64,000 nucleotides of DNA, from positions 1 through 64,000 of the forward strand of contig JABVCE010000016.1 of assembly GCA_014905635.1 (NCBI GenBank), in the 5' to 3' direction. This document shows positions 24,421-36,041 of this stretch, piece after piece; position 1 is the first letter of the stretch; every line of letters begins with the position of its first letter. A program made the position numbers and the translations under genes. Under the pieces are notes generated by a model that saw only the letters and a list, made by a program, of their open reading frames with translations, was not told the origin of the DNA and did not search any database. Origin of the DNA: Scenedesmus sp. PABB004 (lineage: Eukaryota).

Positions 24421-25622
24421 TGCTCGCGAGCGCGCATGCGTTCGCTCCGAGCCTGGAACAGCGCGCACGGGCTGCCGGCCTGCCTCCGGAGGGGAACCTG
24501 CGCCCGTGGTGTCGTCGTCTGGCGGCGGTGGCGGCAGCGCCTGCGCGCGGCGGCGCCGGCGGCTTCGCAAAAAACCGCCCGCAGCCGCGCGAGCGCCGGC
24601 GGCCGGCAGCGCGATCGCACGCTGGGAGGCAGGGCTGTGTGCGAGACATGCTCTGCCTTCAGCACACAGACTCCCTGTTTGTTGTGTTGCCACATCACGC
24701 GCGCGGACACGCGCCAGACCGCGCGGGTCAAACGCCCTCGGCCTCGCTCACGCTGTGTGCACTGCCGGCTCACCCAGTCCGCGGCAGCCGTCTCTCTCGC
24801 CCCACACCCGTTGGGTGGACAATGGGCAGCCAGAAGCTGGGGTGCCAGCGCCTGGCACGAGCGACCCCGCGCGCGCGCCACGGCGCGCGCAGGGTGGCAA
24901 TACGACGGCCCGGTTCCGCCCACGCGACCGATCGGCAGCAGCGTTGTCAGCCGCCCTGGCGCGCGCATCCCTGACCCTGGCGCGCGCACATCCCTGACCC
25001 AGCTCGCGAGGCGTGCCAGGCGGCAAGCCTCGCGGCGCTCGCCAGCCCCTGGTGCGGCTGGGCGGCGAGCGCACAAAACGGCCGCGCGCGCGAGCTGTTG
25101 TGAGGCTGCACGCGCGGCAAAGCTGGCCGTGCAATCAGGCTAATCAAGAAGACACAAGCAGACAACTGGTCAACCAAGGCCGAGCGACCAACCTAGGCGC
25201 AACAACATCCCTGCCCACTGCCCGCCAGACCCAGGGTGCGCGCGCAAGAAAGGCAACGCGGCAGCGCGGCAGCGCGCCATGCGCCCGGCCGGGCCGGGCG
25301 CGGGGCCGCTGCCGACTGGCTGCCAGCAGCGTGCTGGCACGCAAGGAGGAGGCGCCGCCGGCGCGCCAGCTTGTTCGGAAACCCACAACCCACGACGACA
25401 GCCCGATCCTTTCGGCTCGGGCGCGCGCTGCGACAGCAAACTGCATCGCTGCAGCCCAGCACACCCGTTGCAGGGCAGGGGGGGGACAGTTGCAAAGGTG
25501 CAGTGCAGGGAGGGGGGTGAGCGCGCGGCCAGCTGCGCGGCCCGCGCTGCTCAGTTGGGTGTGGGCAAGGGGGTTGATGCGTGGGTGCAGCAGGCGTCAC
25601 GCCTACGGTCGGCCAAGAATGC

Positions 25623-26312
25623 CTCCCGCTGCGCGCTGCCCACAGCCACGCGCGCCGGGGGGAGTCGATCGCGCAGCAGGCGGAGCGAGAGCGCTGCCCC
25701 TGCTGCGCTGCGCGCGCGCCCGAATCGGCCGCGCACTTTCTCTTTGAGTGCGGCGCGCCCGGCCGCCCTGCACGCCTCGTTGCGCTGCTTGCGGACCTCC
25801 GTGCCAGCGGCGGGGGCGCGCATGCTGGCGCGCTGGCTGCGCACCTGCGTGCGGCTGGTGTTGAGATGGCGGCTAGCGGCAGCCAGGAGCTGGAGGCTGG
25901 AGCTGGCGGCGGCGGCAGCGGCAGCGTCAGCGACCCCGGCGTCGTGGCTAGCGCGGCGGCCCCTCGGGCTGCTGACGCAGGCGCGGCGGTCAGCATCAGC
26001 GATAGCGGATAGCGGCGTCACGGCTGATACGGCGGCCCCTCGGGCTGATGATGTCAGCGCGGCGGTCAGCGTCAGCAGCGTCTCTGCTGGTGCGGCGGCC
26101 CCTCGGGCTGCCGTTACCGGCGCGGCGAGTCGGTGTGCAGCACTGGAGCAGGCTCGGCGTTATGTGCTTGGTGACCTGCTGCAGGATCAGCTTGCTGTTC
26201 ACTCTGTGGCAGATTATGTGATGGACATCTGGAAGATGCGGGACACCGTCCTTAAGGGGCGCGGGACCAATGGGCGCGAGCCTGTGGTGTAACTATCTTT
26301 ATCTTTATCTTT
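25623..26312 (+). mobile_element. 5'-truncated non-LTR retrotransposon (LINE): ORF2 C-terminus plus tandem-repeat tail
   Basis: Encodes the CCHC knuckle CPCC-x7-HFLFEC and ends ..YVMDIWKMR..VV-stop directly followed by CT(ATCTTT)3. Flanked by AAGAATGC at 25615-25622 and 26313-26320 (TSD). Confidence 0.85.
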
Positions 26313-26734
26313 AAGAATGCAACAGCGTTGCTCCTACGTCGCCAGGCTCGGCGACATGCGTTGGTCAGTGCACTGACACCGCACGTGCGGTGTACATGTG
26401 GTTCAATAGAGAGAGGGCCAAAACGGATTGTGGTTGCGAGAGAGGGAGTGTGGCAGGGGGAGGGAGTGCGGGGAGGCGTGCGGTGCGCGCGTGCGCATAC
26501 GAGGGAGCATAACATTGCTGGGGAAAAACGGGGGCTGCCACGCAACAAGGAAGCTGCGCTCAAGCACACACAACGCATATGCACTCGCCAGCGGTGGCGG
26601 CGGTGCGGGGCGCGCAGCGCCGTGCGCCGGCCGCAGCGGCGGGGGTTTGATTGGGGGGTTGGGTCTGGTGGTCGGACGTTGATGACGCAAGCAGTGCTCC
26701 CGCAGCACGCAGAGGTCGACCCGAGCAATGCGCC

Positions 26735-29700
26735 TCACCACGCAAGGCTCTCCAGGGTGGCAAAGGTGGTGGAGTCGGGCGCGGAGAGGAAGGTGCGCAC
26801 GTTGCGCGCGTCGTTGCCGCCGCGCAGCAGGCACTGGGTGCTGTCTGTCGCAACCTTGGCGATGAAGCCCCAGCAGGTGGAGAGGTTGTCGCACGCGCGC
26901 TTGCATGCCGTCGGCGAGAGCGTCTGCCAGTCCGCGTTGGGCGCGGGCAGGGCGGCGCCGATGGCCGGGGCACCGGTCACGGCGGCGGCGGCGTTCCAGG
27001 CCGCCTGTAGCGCCGTGCCGGCCCACGCGCGCGCGTAGAGGCCGCTCGACATGACCTTGGCGCTTACGCTGCCCTCGGCGGCGGCGGCGCCGCCGCCGCC
27101 GACGCTGAACGCGGAGACCGCGTCGCTGGGCAGGAGCTTGTAGTAGAGCTGGTACGTGCCGAGCGTGCTGCACGCGGCGACAGGGTCGAGCTCCAGCTTT
27201 CTGCAGTCGCCCGTGCCGGTGGAGTTGTCATAGTAGGTCAGCTCGGCGAAGCAGACCTTGTCGGTCGGGCAGAACGCGAGGCACTGTGCCATCGTCTGAC
27301 CCGTGCCTGCCGTCGCCCAACCGAGCGAGGCGGCGATGCCGAGGCTCTGCCCCACGTCGGCCGGCAGCTGCGCCTGGCGCGCGACGCACGCCTGCGACGC
27401 GGCCGCGCCGGTGCGCAGCGTTATGCCGGTGCTGTTGATCGTCTCGTTCACGCCGTGCGTGGTCTTGAACACGAACATCGTGCCGCCGCACGTGGTGCAG
27501 CCGCCCGCGTGCGGCTCGAGCGGCTGGTAGGTGTTGTAGGCGCACTTGGTGCAGCCGGTTGAGTCCCACCCAAAGCCCGCCACGCACGCTGCAGCGGCGC
27601 GGCAGCGGCGGCGCGGGACGGGGCAGGTCAGTGTGGCGGCGCAAGCGCGCGCGGCCGCCGGGCGGCGGCGCGGGCGCGGTGCGGGCGCGGCGCGCGCGCC
27701 GCGCACGGGGCCCCGCGACTCACCGCTACAGTCGGTCCCCACGACGCTGCGCGTGTTGAGCGTCGTGAGCCCTCCGCCGCAAGCGGTGCAGAGCGCGTCA
27801 CCGTTGCTGGCGCCGCGGCTGCCGCCGGCCGACCACCGCCCGGCCGGGCACTCCACGGCGCTGAGGTTCTTGGAGTCGGGGATGGCGACATCATCCCAGG
27901 GCTTGCTGAGAGATGGGTCGTAAAGCCCGTAGCCAGGCATGACGTAGCAGTCGGACAGTGCGGCCTGGAGCTCTGGGCGCGCAGGGTTGTAGTCCGTTGT
28001 GCGCCCGGGCGGGCAGGGCCTGCAGGCGCTCTGGTCGCCGCCGGGGGAGTACCAGCCCTGCGCGCACTGCGCGCCGCCCTCGGCGGTGTAGCCAAAGCCG
28101 GCCGGCGTGACGCACTGCTCGATGGCAGACGAGTTGGCCGCGGCCGTGATCAGGCCGCGCGCGCAGGGCTTGCAGGGCACGCTGAAGAGGCCGTACGTCC
28201 GGTCGCCCGTGACGTTGGGCGCGCCATACCTAGGTGCAGTGCGCGCGGCGGCGGCGGCGGCGCGCGCGTGAGGCCGGGGCGCGGGGCGCGCCGCAGGCCG
28301 GCAGCCGGGGCCTGCGAGCGCGCGCGCGTGACGCCCTCTGGCGGCACGCACGTGTCTTTGGGGCAGCTCACTGCCTTGAGGAAGACGCGGGCCACGCCTG
28401 ACACGTCCGCGCAGCCAGGGTACTGGGCGCCAACGCTGTCCGTCGGGCAGGTGCGCTCGGGGTCCACCACGACGCCCATGCCCTTTGTCACGTCTGCGCG
28501 CGGGCAGGGGGCGTGAGAGCGCGCGGGTGAGCTGGTGCAGCGGCCGGCCGCGCGCAGCGCAGCGTGGGCGCGCGCGCGGCGTGCGCCGGGGCGCGCGCGC
28601 GCGCCGCAACGGTGTGAGCACTCACAGCATGACGCGGACGACGCGGCGACGACCTTGGTGGTGTCGTTTGCATCCTCGCGCTCGTCAATGTCCGTCCATT
28701 CGCTTAAAATGCCGTCGCCGCACGGCGTGCACGCCGCCGCGCCATCGGCGCTGACCGCGTCGCGCGCGGCGGGGTCCTTGTAGTGCAGCCAGCCCTCGCG
28801 GTAGAAGCCCTCGGTAATGGACGGCGAGCCGTGGGTGAGGATGGTGCGACACTTCTGCATTGATGGCGAGGAGGGGTTGCTCGCGTCGATGTAGTAGCCG
28901 GGCGGGACCATGCAGTCGGCCGTGCTCAGCGCGCCGGGCGCCAGCGTCGTCGCGCCGTCGGGGCACTGCGTGCAGGTCATGGTGATAAATGTTGAGTCGG
29001 TGGCAATCTCAGTGCCCCCGGCGTAGAAGGTGCCGGGCGGGCAGAGGTCGGGGTCGAAGAGGTCGGACATCGCGATCGCTTGGCTGAAGATTTGGCCCGA
29101 CAGCTGGTAGCCGCCCACGCCGTCTGCGGCGCGGCGGTGCGCGGCGGCGGTCAGCGGCCGGCGGCGGCCGCCGAGCCCGCCGGCGGGCCATCGTGCCAGC
29201 GGGCGGCGCGAGCCAGCGGCGCCAGCTCACAATTGCAGGCGGTGACATTAGTGCTGCTCGGCCCGGCGGTGGTCAGGCCCTTTGGGCAGTGGAGGCACGA
29301 GCGGCCCATCGGCTCGTCCGTGCCGGCCTGGCCTGTGCGGAAGGTGCCCTGGGGGCACGGACGCACCACGTTCTGGGCGAGATACTTGCCCGCCGGGATG
29401 CCTGATGCGGCGGGGGCGGCGGGGGAGCCGGGTGGGTGCCCGCCATGCCGCCGGGGTGCGCGCGTGCCGCCATGCGCGCCCGCCGCCGTGCGCGCCCGCC
29501 GCCGTGCGCGCCCGCCGCCGTGCGCGCCCGCCGCCGTGCGCGCCCGCCGCCGTGCGCGCCCGCCGCCGTGCGCGCCGCGCGCGGGCGCCCGTCACGCACT
29601 GCAGACTGCGGTGCGGTTGACCTTGGGCACGCTGTTGTTGTAGCCGGTGGGCAGCACCAGCCCAGCCATGCAGGGCAGGCAGACGCGGATGCGCGCGTAC

Positions 29701-30714
29701 CCTGGGCTGTACGATGCTCCCAGGCACAGCTCTGCCTCCTGCAGCGTGCGCGTCGCGACCTTGAGGCGCCAGCCGGGCAGCGGGTCTGGCGGCGGCGGCG
29801 GCAGGCGGGCGGGCAGGCGGCGCGGAGTGCGCGGCGTGGGCGCGGGCGGGAGGGGCCTGCGCGGCGCGGCCGCCCCGCTGTCGCCGCCCCCGCGCTGTCG
29901 TCGACCCGCGGCGCGCGGCGCGCGGGGCGCTCACAGCAGTCGGTGTGGAGCTTGGCGCGCGTGGCCTTGGTCATGAGGCCCTTGGCAGCGACGGATGCCT
30001 CGGTGTCGGACGCGCTGCTGACGGTGGACTGGAAGCAGCTGAGGCGCTGGCCGCGGTCCTTCGCCTCGCCGTTGGCGGCCGCCATGCTGCCGCCGGGGCA
30101 GTAGAAGCCCTTGCCGCAGTCGACGCACTTGAAGCCGCCAGCGGAGGTCTCAAACGTCCCCGGCGGGCAGACTGCGCGGCGGTGCCGGGGCGGCGTGAGC
30201 AGCTGGCGCCCGGCCCGGCCGCGCGCGCCGCGCGCGGCGAGAGGCGCACCGCAGTTGAGACCGTATCTGGTCGGCACGAAGGTCGCCAGGCACTGCTGGC
30301 AGACCGAGGAGAGCACGCCGCCGACGGTGTGCAGCTCGCAGCGACCGGTCGCGCACCTGCGCGGCGCGGCAGCGGCGGCGGCGGCGCGTGAGGCTGATCC
30401 CGTGCCGGGAGCCCGCGGCGTAGTGGCTGTCGGCTGCGTAAGCTTAGAGCTCATCGTCAACGGCGCGGGCGGGCCGGAGGCGCGCGCCCTGGCGGCGGAC
30501 CACGTCGCCGTTCGATGGCGGGTGGGCCTTCTCGCTCCCCGGCCATCGCAGCGGCGCGCCGGTCCGCCCCGCGCCACATCAAGCCACCCAAAACTCACCG
30601 CGGGATGTCGCGCGGGCAGTCGCTCGCCGCCAGCAGCGCCCGAGCCGGCGCCGCGGCGCGGCAGCCCGAAACTGCCAGGAGCAGGCCCCACAGGAGCAGC
30701 GAGGTCGCCGACAT
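26735..30714 (-). CDS. Secreted cysteine-rich protein with GCC2/GCC3 (ephrin-receptor-like) repeats, multi-exon
   Basis: Signal peptide MSATSLLLWGLLLAVSGC; repeated CPxGxY/F..C..CP.G.TT...S...C units (CVDCGKGFYCPGG, PCPQGTF, CAQGWYSPGG, CPAGRWS); two C-terminal PAN/apple-like Cys patterns. Confidence 0.85.
29472..29575 (+). repeat. Intronic tandem repeat (tgcgcgcccgccgccg units)
   Basis: Consecutive near-identical GC-rich units visible in the sequence. Confidence 0.8.
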
Positions 30715-30819
30715 GGCTTGACGACGGCCAGCCCCGGCAACGGCGGCCGAGTGCGAGACGCCGGCGCGGCGGTGACGGCGGCGGTCAACCCAGACATGCG
30801 CAAAGCAGAGAACCAACGC

Positions 30820-30851
30820 TAGCGGCTATCTTTATCTTTATCTTTTAGCGG
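30820..30851 (+). mobile_element. Tail-only LINE insertion (20 bp) with 6-bp target-site duplication
   Basis: TAGCGG-CTATCTTTATCTTTATCTTT-TAGCGG; the insert is identical to 26293-26312. Confidence 0.7.
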
Positions 30852-31564
30852 TAGGTGGGTTGAGAGTGTGGTGTGTGTGTGGGGGGGGGGATGGGGGGGG
30901 GGGAGACTGCGCATCACACGGCGGGCTGAGAGCGCCCGCGGTGCATCCTCATGAACGTGCACAGATGGGGGGGGGGGGGGGGGGCAAGCCCCGTGAGCTC
31001 GGCGCGCGGCCGCCACGCGCAGCACTGGCGCAAATCTTGAGCTGGAGGTCGCGCTTTGATTGGTTGGTTCCATTGCGTGCGGCAGAGCTATTCGCCCCAC
31101 CAACGCACGTCTCCGCCGACCAGGACGCCACAGCCTGGCACGCGCCCCCGCCGCACCGCGGCACACCATCGCGTCCTCGTGCGCTGAACATTTGCTCAGG
31201 ACTTTGCTACTGCTTTTTTTGATTGGTCGGTCTCGCGCGCGAACGTCGTCCAGCCCGGCCGTTTCGCCACGGTCGTCGTAACGCCGCCGCCGGCTCTCAG
31301 GCCCCCCAACAACGCGACGTCACTCCCGTGGCCTCACAGTCCGCGACTGGCAGCTGCGCCTTTCAGCTAGCAGCGCTGTGCGGCGAGGCAGCGCAGCAGC
31401 GCCACCGGCCGCCCCGGCCTGCGGCGCCCGCCCCAGCCTGCATCGTGCGGCCCTTGCGCGCTCCCAAAGGACCTCTGAAGCTGTGGCTGCGCCGAGCCGC
31501 CGGCGCTGCCCCTCCAGCGGCGGCGGCGGCAGCAGCAGCGGCGCCGCGGCGCCGGGCAGCCCTG

Positions 31565-32699
31565 ATGGCGGCGCCGCGGCGCCTGCTGCTCCTCCTCGGC
31601 GTCGCCGGCGGCGTCCTGGCGCTCAAGGCTCTGCGCCTGGCGCAGCTGCTGGGCGTGCTGCCGAGCACGGCGCAGCCGGCGCGCTGTCAGCAGCCCTTGG
31701 CGCCGGCGGCGCCGTTCGCCTGGCCGTCCGGGGGCGCCAAAGGCGACGCGGCGGTGCAGGAGCTGGCGGCCTGGCTCTCTGCGCGCGGCGCGCAGGTGGA
31801 CGGCGTGCGTGTGGCGCAGTTTGGCGGCCTCCGAGGGCTGCAGGTGCGTGGCGGCGGCCGGCGGCGCGGCACACCACCGCCGCCGCCTCACGCAGCACGC
31901 TTCCGCGTGCCGCCCGGGCACCCGTCGCAGGCCACGCGCGACTTTGCAAGGCACGAGGTGGTGCTGTCGATCCCCGCCAACGCCACGCTCAGCGGCGCGA
32001 GCCTGGCCGCCGCGTTGCGCAGCCACGGCGCCGTGCGCAGGCTGCTGGCGCTGCCCGACGGCGACACCCTGCTGGAGGCGGCGGCGCTGCTGCACGCGGC
32101 GCTGCTGCACGGCTGGCGCCAGGTGCGCGGCGGCGCGGGGACGCGTGCAGACGACGAGCGGGCGGCGGGCACGGGGCTGTGGCTGGCCACGCTGCCGCGG
32201 AGCGTGCCGCTGCCGGTGCTCAGCGAGGGCAGGTGCGGCGCGGGGCTCCGGCCCCTGCGCGGCAACCCCCCGTGCGCGCGCGCGCTGCGGGCGGCCCCGA
32301 CACCGGCTGCCCGCGCCGCTTCCCGCGCAGCGGCTCGCCGTGCGACGCGCTCGCGGCGGCGCTGCCCGCGCTGCGGCGCCTCTCGTTGTCGCGCGCGGCC
32401 GGCCTGCGCCGCGCCTGGCCGACGGTGTCGGCGCTGCTGCGCGCGCTGCCCCGCCCGGCGGCGGCCACGCTCGACCGGCTGGGCGCGTGCGAGGCCCGGC
32501 GGGCCTTTGCCTGGGCCTATTCGATGGCCAAGACGCGCGCCGTGGCCCTGGAGGTGGGAGAGGTGCCCGATGAAGGCGCTGGGCGGGCGCTGGCGGCGCT
32601 GGGCGTCGAGGAGCTGGGCGTCCTGGTGCCGCTCCTGGACCTGGCCAACCACGCCAGCGGCGACCACGTGCGCGCTGCGGCCGCCGCCGCGCCGGCTGA

Positions 32700-32756
<57 letters not shown>

Positions 32757-33505
32757 GGCGCCGGCTGACGCGCCGCCGCCGCCGCCGACGCACTGCCGCC
32801 GCCGACGCACCGCTGCCGCTGCTGCCACCACGGCGCACGCAGGCCAACGCGCGCGTCGCGGGCGACCGCGCCGGGTTCCAGCTCGTCGCGGCGGCGCCCA
32901 TCCCAGCCGGTGCCGAGGTGACCATGAGCTACGCGCCCGACGGCGACGACGCGCCGCAGTGCTCCTGGCGGTGGCTGCTGGAGTACGGCTTTGTGCCGCG
33001 CGCGCCCGGCGAGCCCGGCCAGACAGCGCCCCGCGATCCGCGGCGGCGGTGCTACGCGTTCAACCTCACCGCCGGGGAGCTCGCGGCGGCGTGCGAGCCG
33101 AGCACGGCGGCGCCGGCGGCGCCGGCGCGGCGCGGCGCGGAGCCCGCGGTGTGGGCGGAGCTCGACGCCGCGCGCGGGCTGCCGCCGGCCGTGCTCGACT
33201 GGGCGCGGGAGGCGCTCGGGGGCGCGGGCTGCGGCTGCGGCTGCGCCGCAGGCGGCGCGGGCGGGGGCGGCGAGGACGAGCAGCCTCGCGGCTGCGTCGC
33301 GGCCTGCGTGGTGCGGCGCGCGCTGTCGGCGCGGGGAGCGGCGCTGGACGTGGCGCGCGCGGCGGCGCGCACGTGCCCCGCGGGCGGCGGCGCCGACTGT
33401 GGGAGCGACGGACTGTGCGACCTGGACGCGCTGGACGACGTCGCGGCTGATGGCGCCGCGGCGCTCGCGGCGGCGACCGCCCGTCTCCCCGCCGCGGGCG
33501 AGTGA
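31565..33505 (+). CDS. SET-domain methyltransferase (Rubisco LSMT/SETD3-like class) with a hydrophobic N-terminus
   Basis: GGLRGL-ATRDFARHEVVLSIP, FAWAYSMAKTRA, LVPLLDLANH, GAEVTMSY, WLLEYGF. Confidence 0.85.
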
Positions 33506-33747
33506 CGGGTGACGACGGCGATGTGTGGCACATCCCCCCCCCCCCCCTGTCAGGCCCGCCATCGTCCTGACGGCACAGCAGACTCGGCGGTGCTCTCTCT
33601 CTGCGGGGGCACCACGCGCGCCTGCTGCCGCGCGTGCCGCTGCTGCAGCCGCCCCGCTGCCGCCGCTGCAGCACGGCCGATCGAGCAGCCTGCTGCGCCA
33701 TCAGCGTCGGCCGAACTCACCGCAGCGCCGGCGCCTGGCGGCAAGCC

Positions 33748-34424
33748 ATGGCCCAGCCGGCGGCGCCGCTGCCGGAGGCGAGCATGTCAAAGGTCGCTCG
33801 CAGCGGCGAGGTCTACGAGCCGTCGGACGTGAGCGCGCGCCGGGGCGTGGCCATCGCGCCGTGTCACGCCGTCGCGCGCCGCCGGGGCGGCGGCGGCCGC
33901 CAGCACCGCGCAGCGGCGCCGACGCCGCGCGCTGCTGCCGCCCGCAGGACAGCTTTGCGCTGGTGGACGCGGTCAATGCCTGGCTGCAGGGCGTGCAGGA
34001 CGCCAGCCAGCTGCCCGGCCTGTGAGCGCGCCGCGACCGCTCTGCGGCCGGCCGCCAGCGCTGCGGGGGCGCCCACCGCGTCCGCCGCGGCGCGCGCCCG
34101 CAGGTGCCTGGAGGTCGGCTGCGGCAGCGGCTACGTCATCTGCTCGGCGGCGCTCGCGCTGCGCGCGCTGGCGGTGCGGTTGGGCGCGCACGACGCGCGG
34201 CTGGTCGCGACCGACGTCAACTCCGCGGCGATGGAGGCCACGGCGCAGACGCTCGCGGCGCACGGCGTGGGCGGCGTGGAGCTGGTGCAGACGGACCTGG
34301 TCGCCGCGCTGCTGCCGCGCCTCGAGCGCGCGGTCGACCTGCTGGTGCGCCGCAGCGCCGCAGCGCCGCAGCGCCGCAGCGCCGCAGCGCCGCAGCGCCG
34401 CGCCCGGCGGCGCGCGCAGACCCG

Positions 34425-34456
<32 letters not shown>

Positions 34457-35006
34457 CGCCGCCGGGGGTGGCAGCTGTTCAACCCGCCCTATGTTCCCAC
34501 GCCGGACGAGGAGCTGGCCCGCGACGGCATCGCGCGCGCGTGGGCGGGCGGCCACCTCGGCCGGCGCGTGACCGACCGCCTGCTCGCGCAGCTGCCGGGC
34601 CTGCTCTCGCCGCGGGGGCACGCGTTTGTGGTGACGGTCGCCGACAACCGCCCCGCGGGTGCGTGCCGCACGCGGGCATGGGGCCGCGTTGGGGCGGCGC
34701 CGGCGGCGGCCCGCGCGCCCGGCCGGCCCGTGCGCGCGCGCCGCGCCCGACACCGCGCCCGATGCCGCCGTCACCGCCGTGGCGCGCAGAGATCATCGCG
34801 GCGCTGGAGGCGGCAGGCTTTGGAGGTGGGGCGTGCGCGCGCGCGGGGCGGGCAGGCGGCGAGGCCCGCGCCCGCCGGCGCGCGCGCCGCCCGCCGCCCA
34901 CGCGCCGCCGCCCCCCGCCGTGCCGAGCGCAGCGCGGGTCGCGCTCACGCGCGGCGCCGACGAGGAGTGCCTGCAGATCCTGCACGTGCGGCGGCCCGCG
35001 GGCTGA
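33748..35006 (+). CDS. N6AMT1: HemK2/N6AMT1/Mtq2 (eRF1 glutamine methyltransferase), multi-exon
   Basis: VYEPSD-DSFALVDA, CLEVGCGSGYV, ATDVN, VDLL-LFNPPYVPT, AWAGG..GRRV. Confidence 0.93.
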
Positions 35007-35290
35007 CGGCGCCTGGCGCGTGGGGCCCTCCCTGCTCTCTCCTCGCTGGCGTCGCGCCAGCCTCAGCCGCGCGCCTGGCGCCCGCCGCGGTCTCGTGGCG
35101 CCCAGCCACAGGCGCCGGGCAGCCGCCCCGCTCCTCGGACCGCCGGCGTCTCCACGCTCCACACGCGGCCGCCCGCCCCCTCCCTCGGGTGGGGCCAACG
35201 CGGCGGCGCGCCTGCCCCGTCGCAGTGATCGGTCGTGCTGCGCGCGTGGGCGGCACGGCGGTGGCCGCCGGGACGCGGCGCCAGCCAAAG

Positions 35291-35915
35291 AAATGTAACA
35301 GTCCTGGCCCGCTGCTGGCGCGGCAAGTTTGGGCGACCTGCCCAAAGTGCAGGCGCCGCTAGTTCCAAACCCCCTGACCTGAGTTGGCCGAGTCCCCGCC
35401 GCGTGGCGCCACGCCCCCGCGCGCTCCTGGCCCGTTTGCGCTGGTCGCCGCTTGTTCGCCGCCCGTCGCGCCTGGCCAGCCGCGGAGGGGGGCTGCCGGC
35501 GCTCGGCGCGTGCAGGACAGCGCTGATGGCCGACGACCTGGACGCCGATCTGCTGGCGCTCGAAGCAGAGCTGGAGCGCGCTGAGCAGCTTGACGACGAG
35601 CTCGTGCTGCAGACGTTTGAAGCAGAGCTGAGCCGGGAACTCGCGCCCGCCGCACCGGCCAGCAACGTGCGGCGGTGGCGGCGGCGGGCGGCTGCACCGG
35701 CGACCAACCCGCGGCGGCGGCAGCGCGTGCGCAGCGTGACCGGTGAGGCAGTTCCGGGCACGGCCCCCGGCGCAGCCAGCCAGCCAGCCAGCCCCGCGGC
35801 AGTGCTGACTGAGCTGCCCAGCGCCCACGAGCTGGGCGCCCACCTGCGCGCCGAGATTGCACCAGCGGCAGGGACGCAGGCGGCGCGCGCTCAAAAAATG
35901 TAACAGTCCTGGCCC
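35291..35915 (+). repeat. Perfect 20-bp direct repeat AAATGTAACAGTCCTGGCCC (35291-35310 and 35896-35915)
   Basis: Both copies read directly from the sequence; each contains the TGTAA poly(A) signal. Confidence 0.9.
35526..35903 (+). CDS. Small acidic hypothetical protein
   Basis: MADDLDADLLALEAELERAEQLDDELVLQTFEAELSREL looks protein-like. The 3' part is uncertain (possible intron from 35667). Confidence 0.45.
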   Translation: MADDLDADLLALEAELERAEQLDDELVLQTFEAELSRELAPAAPASNVRRWRRRAAAPATNPRRRQRVRSVTGEAVPGTAPGAASQPASPAAVLTELPSAHELGAHLRAEIAPAAGTQAARAQKM

Positions 35916-36041
35916 CCTCGCATGCGCACGGCCCGCGGCCCGCCGAGCGCCCGCCGAGCTCACAGGCACGCATCTTGTCCACGTCACCGCCAGCCAGCGC
36001 GCCGGTGTGCGACAGCAGCTTCCCTGGCCCGACCCGTCGCC

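Noticed and set aside
26293..30845. Idea that the two identical tails delimit one composite element carrying the Cys-rich gene
   Set aside because: Each tail has its own distinct TSD, and the gene retains introns and lies antisense, so independent insertions fit better.
34015..34030. In-frame TGA codons at exon ends (also 6716, 13725, 15924) suggesting selenocysteine or readthrough
   Set aside because: Each is part of a GTGAG splice donor.
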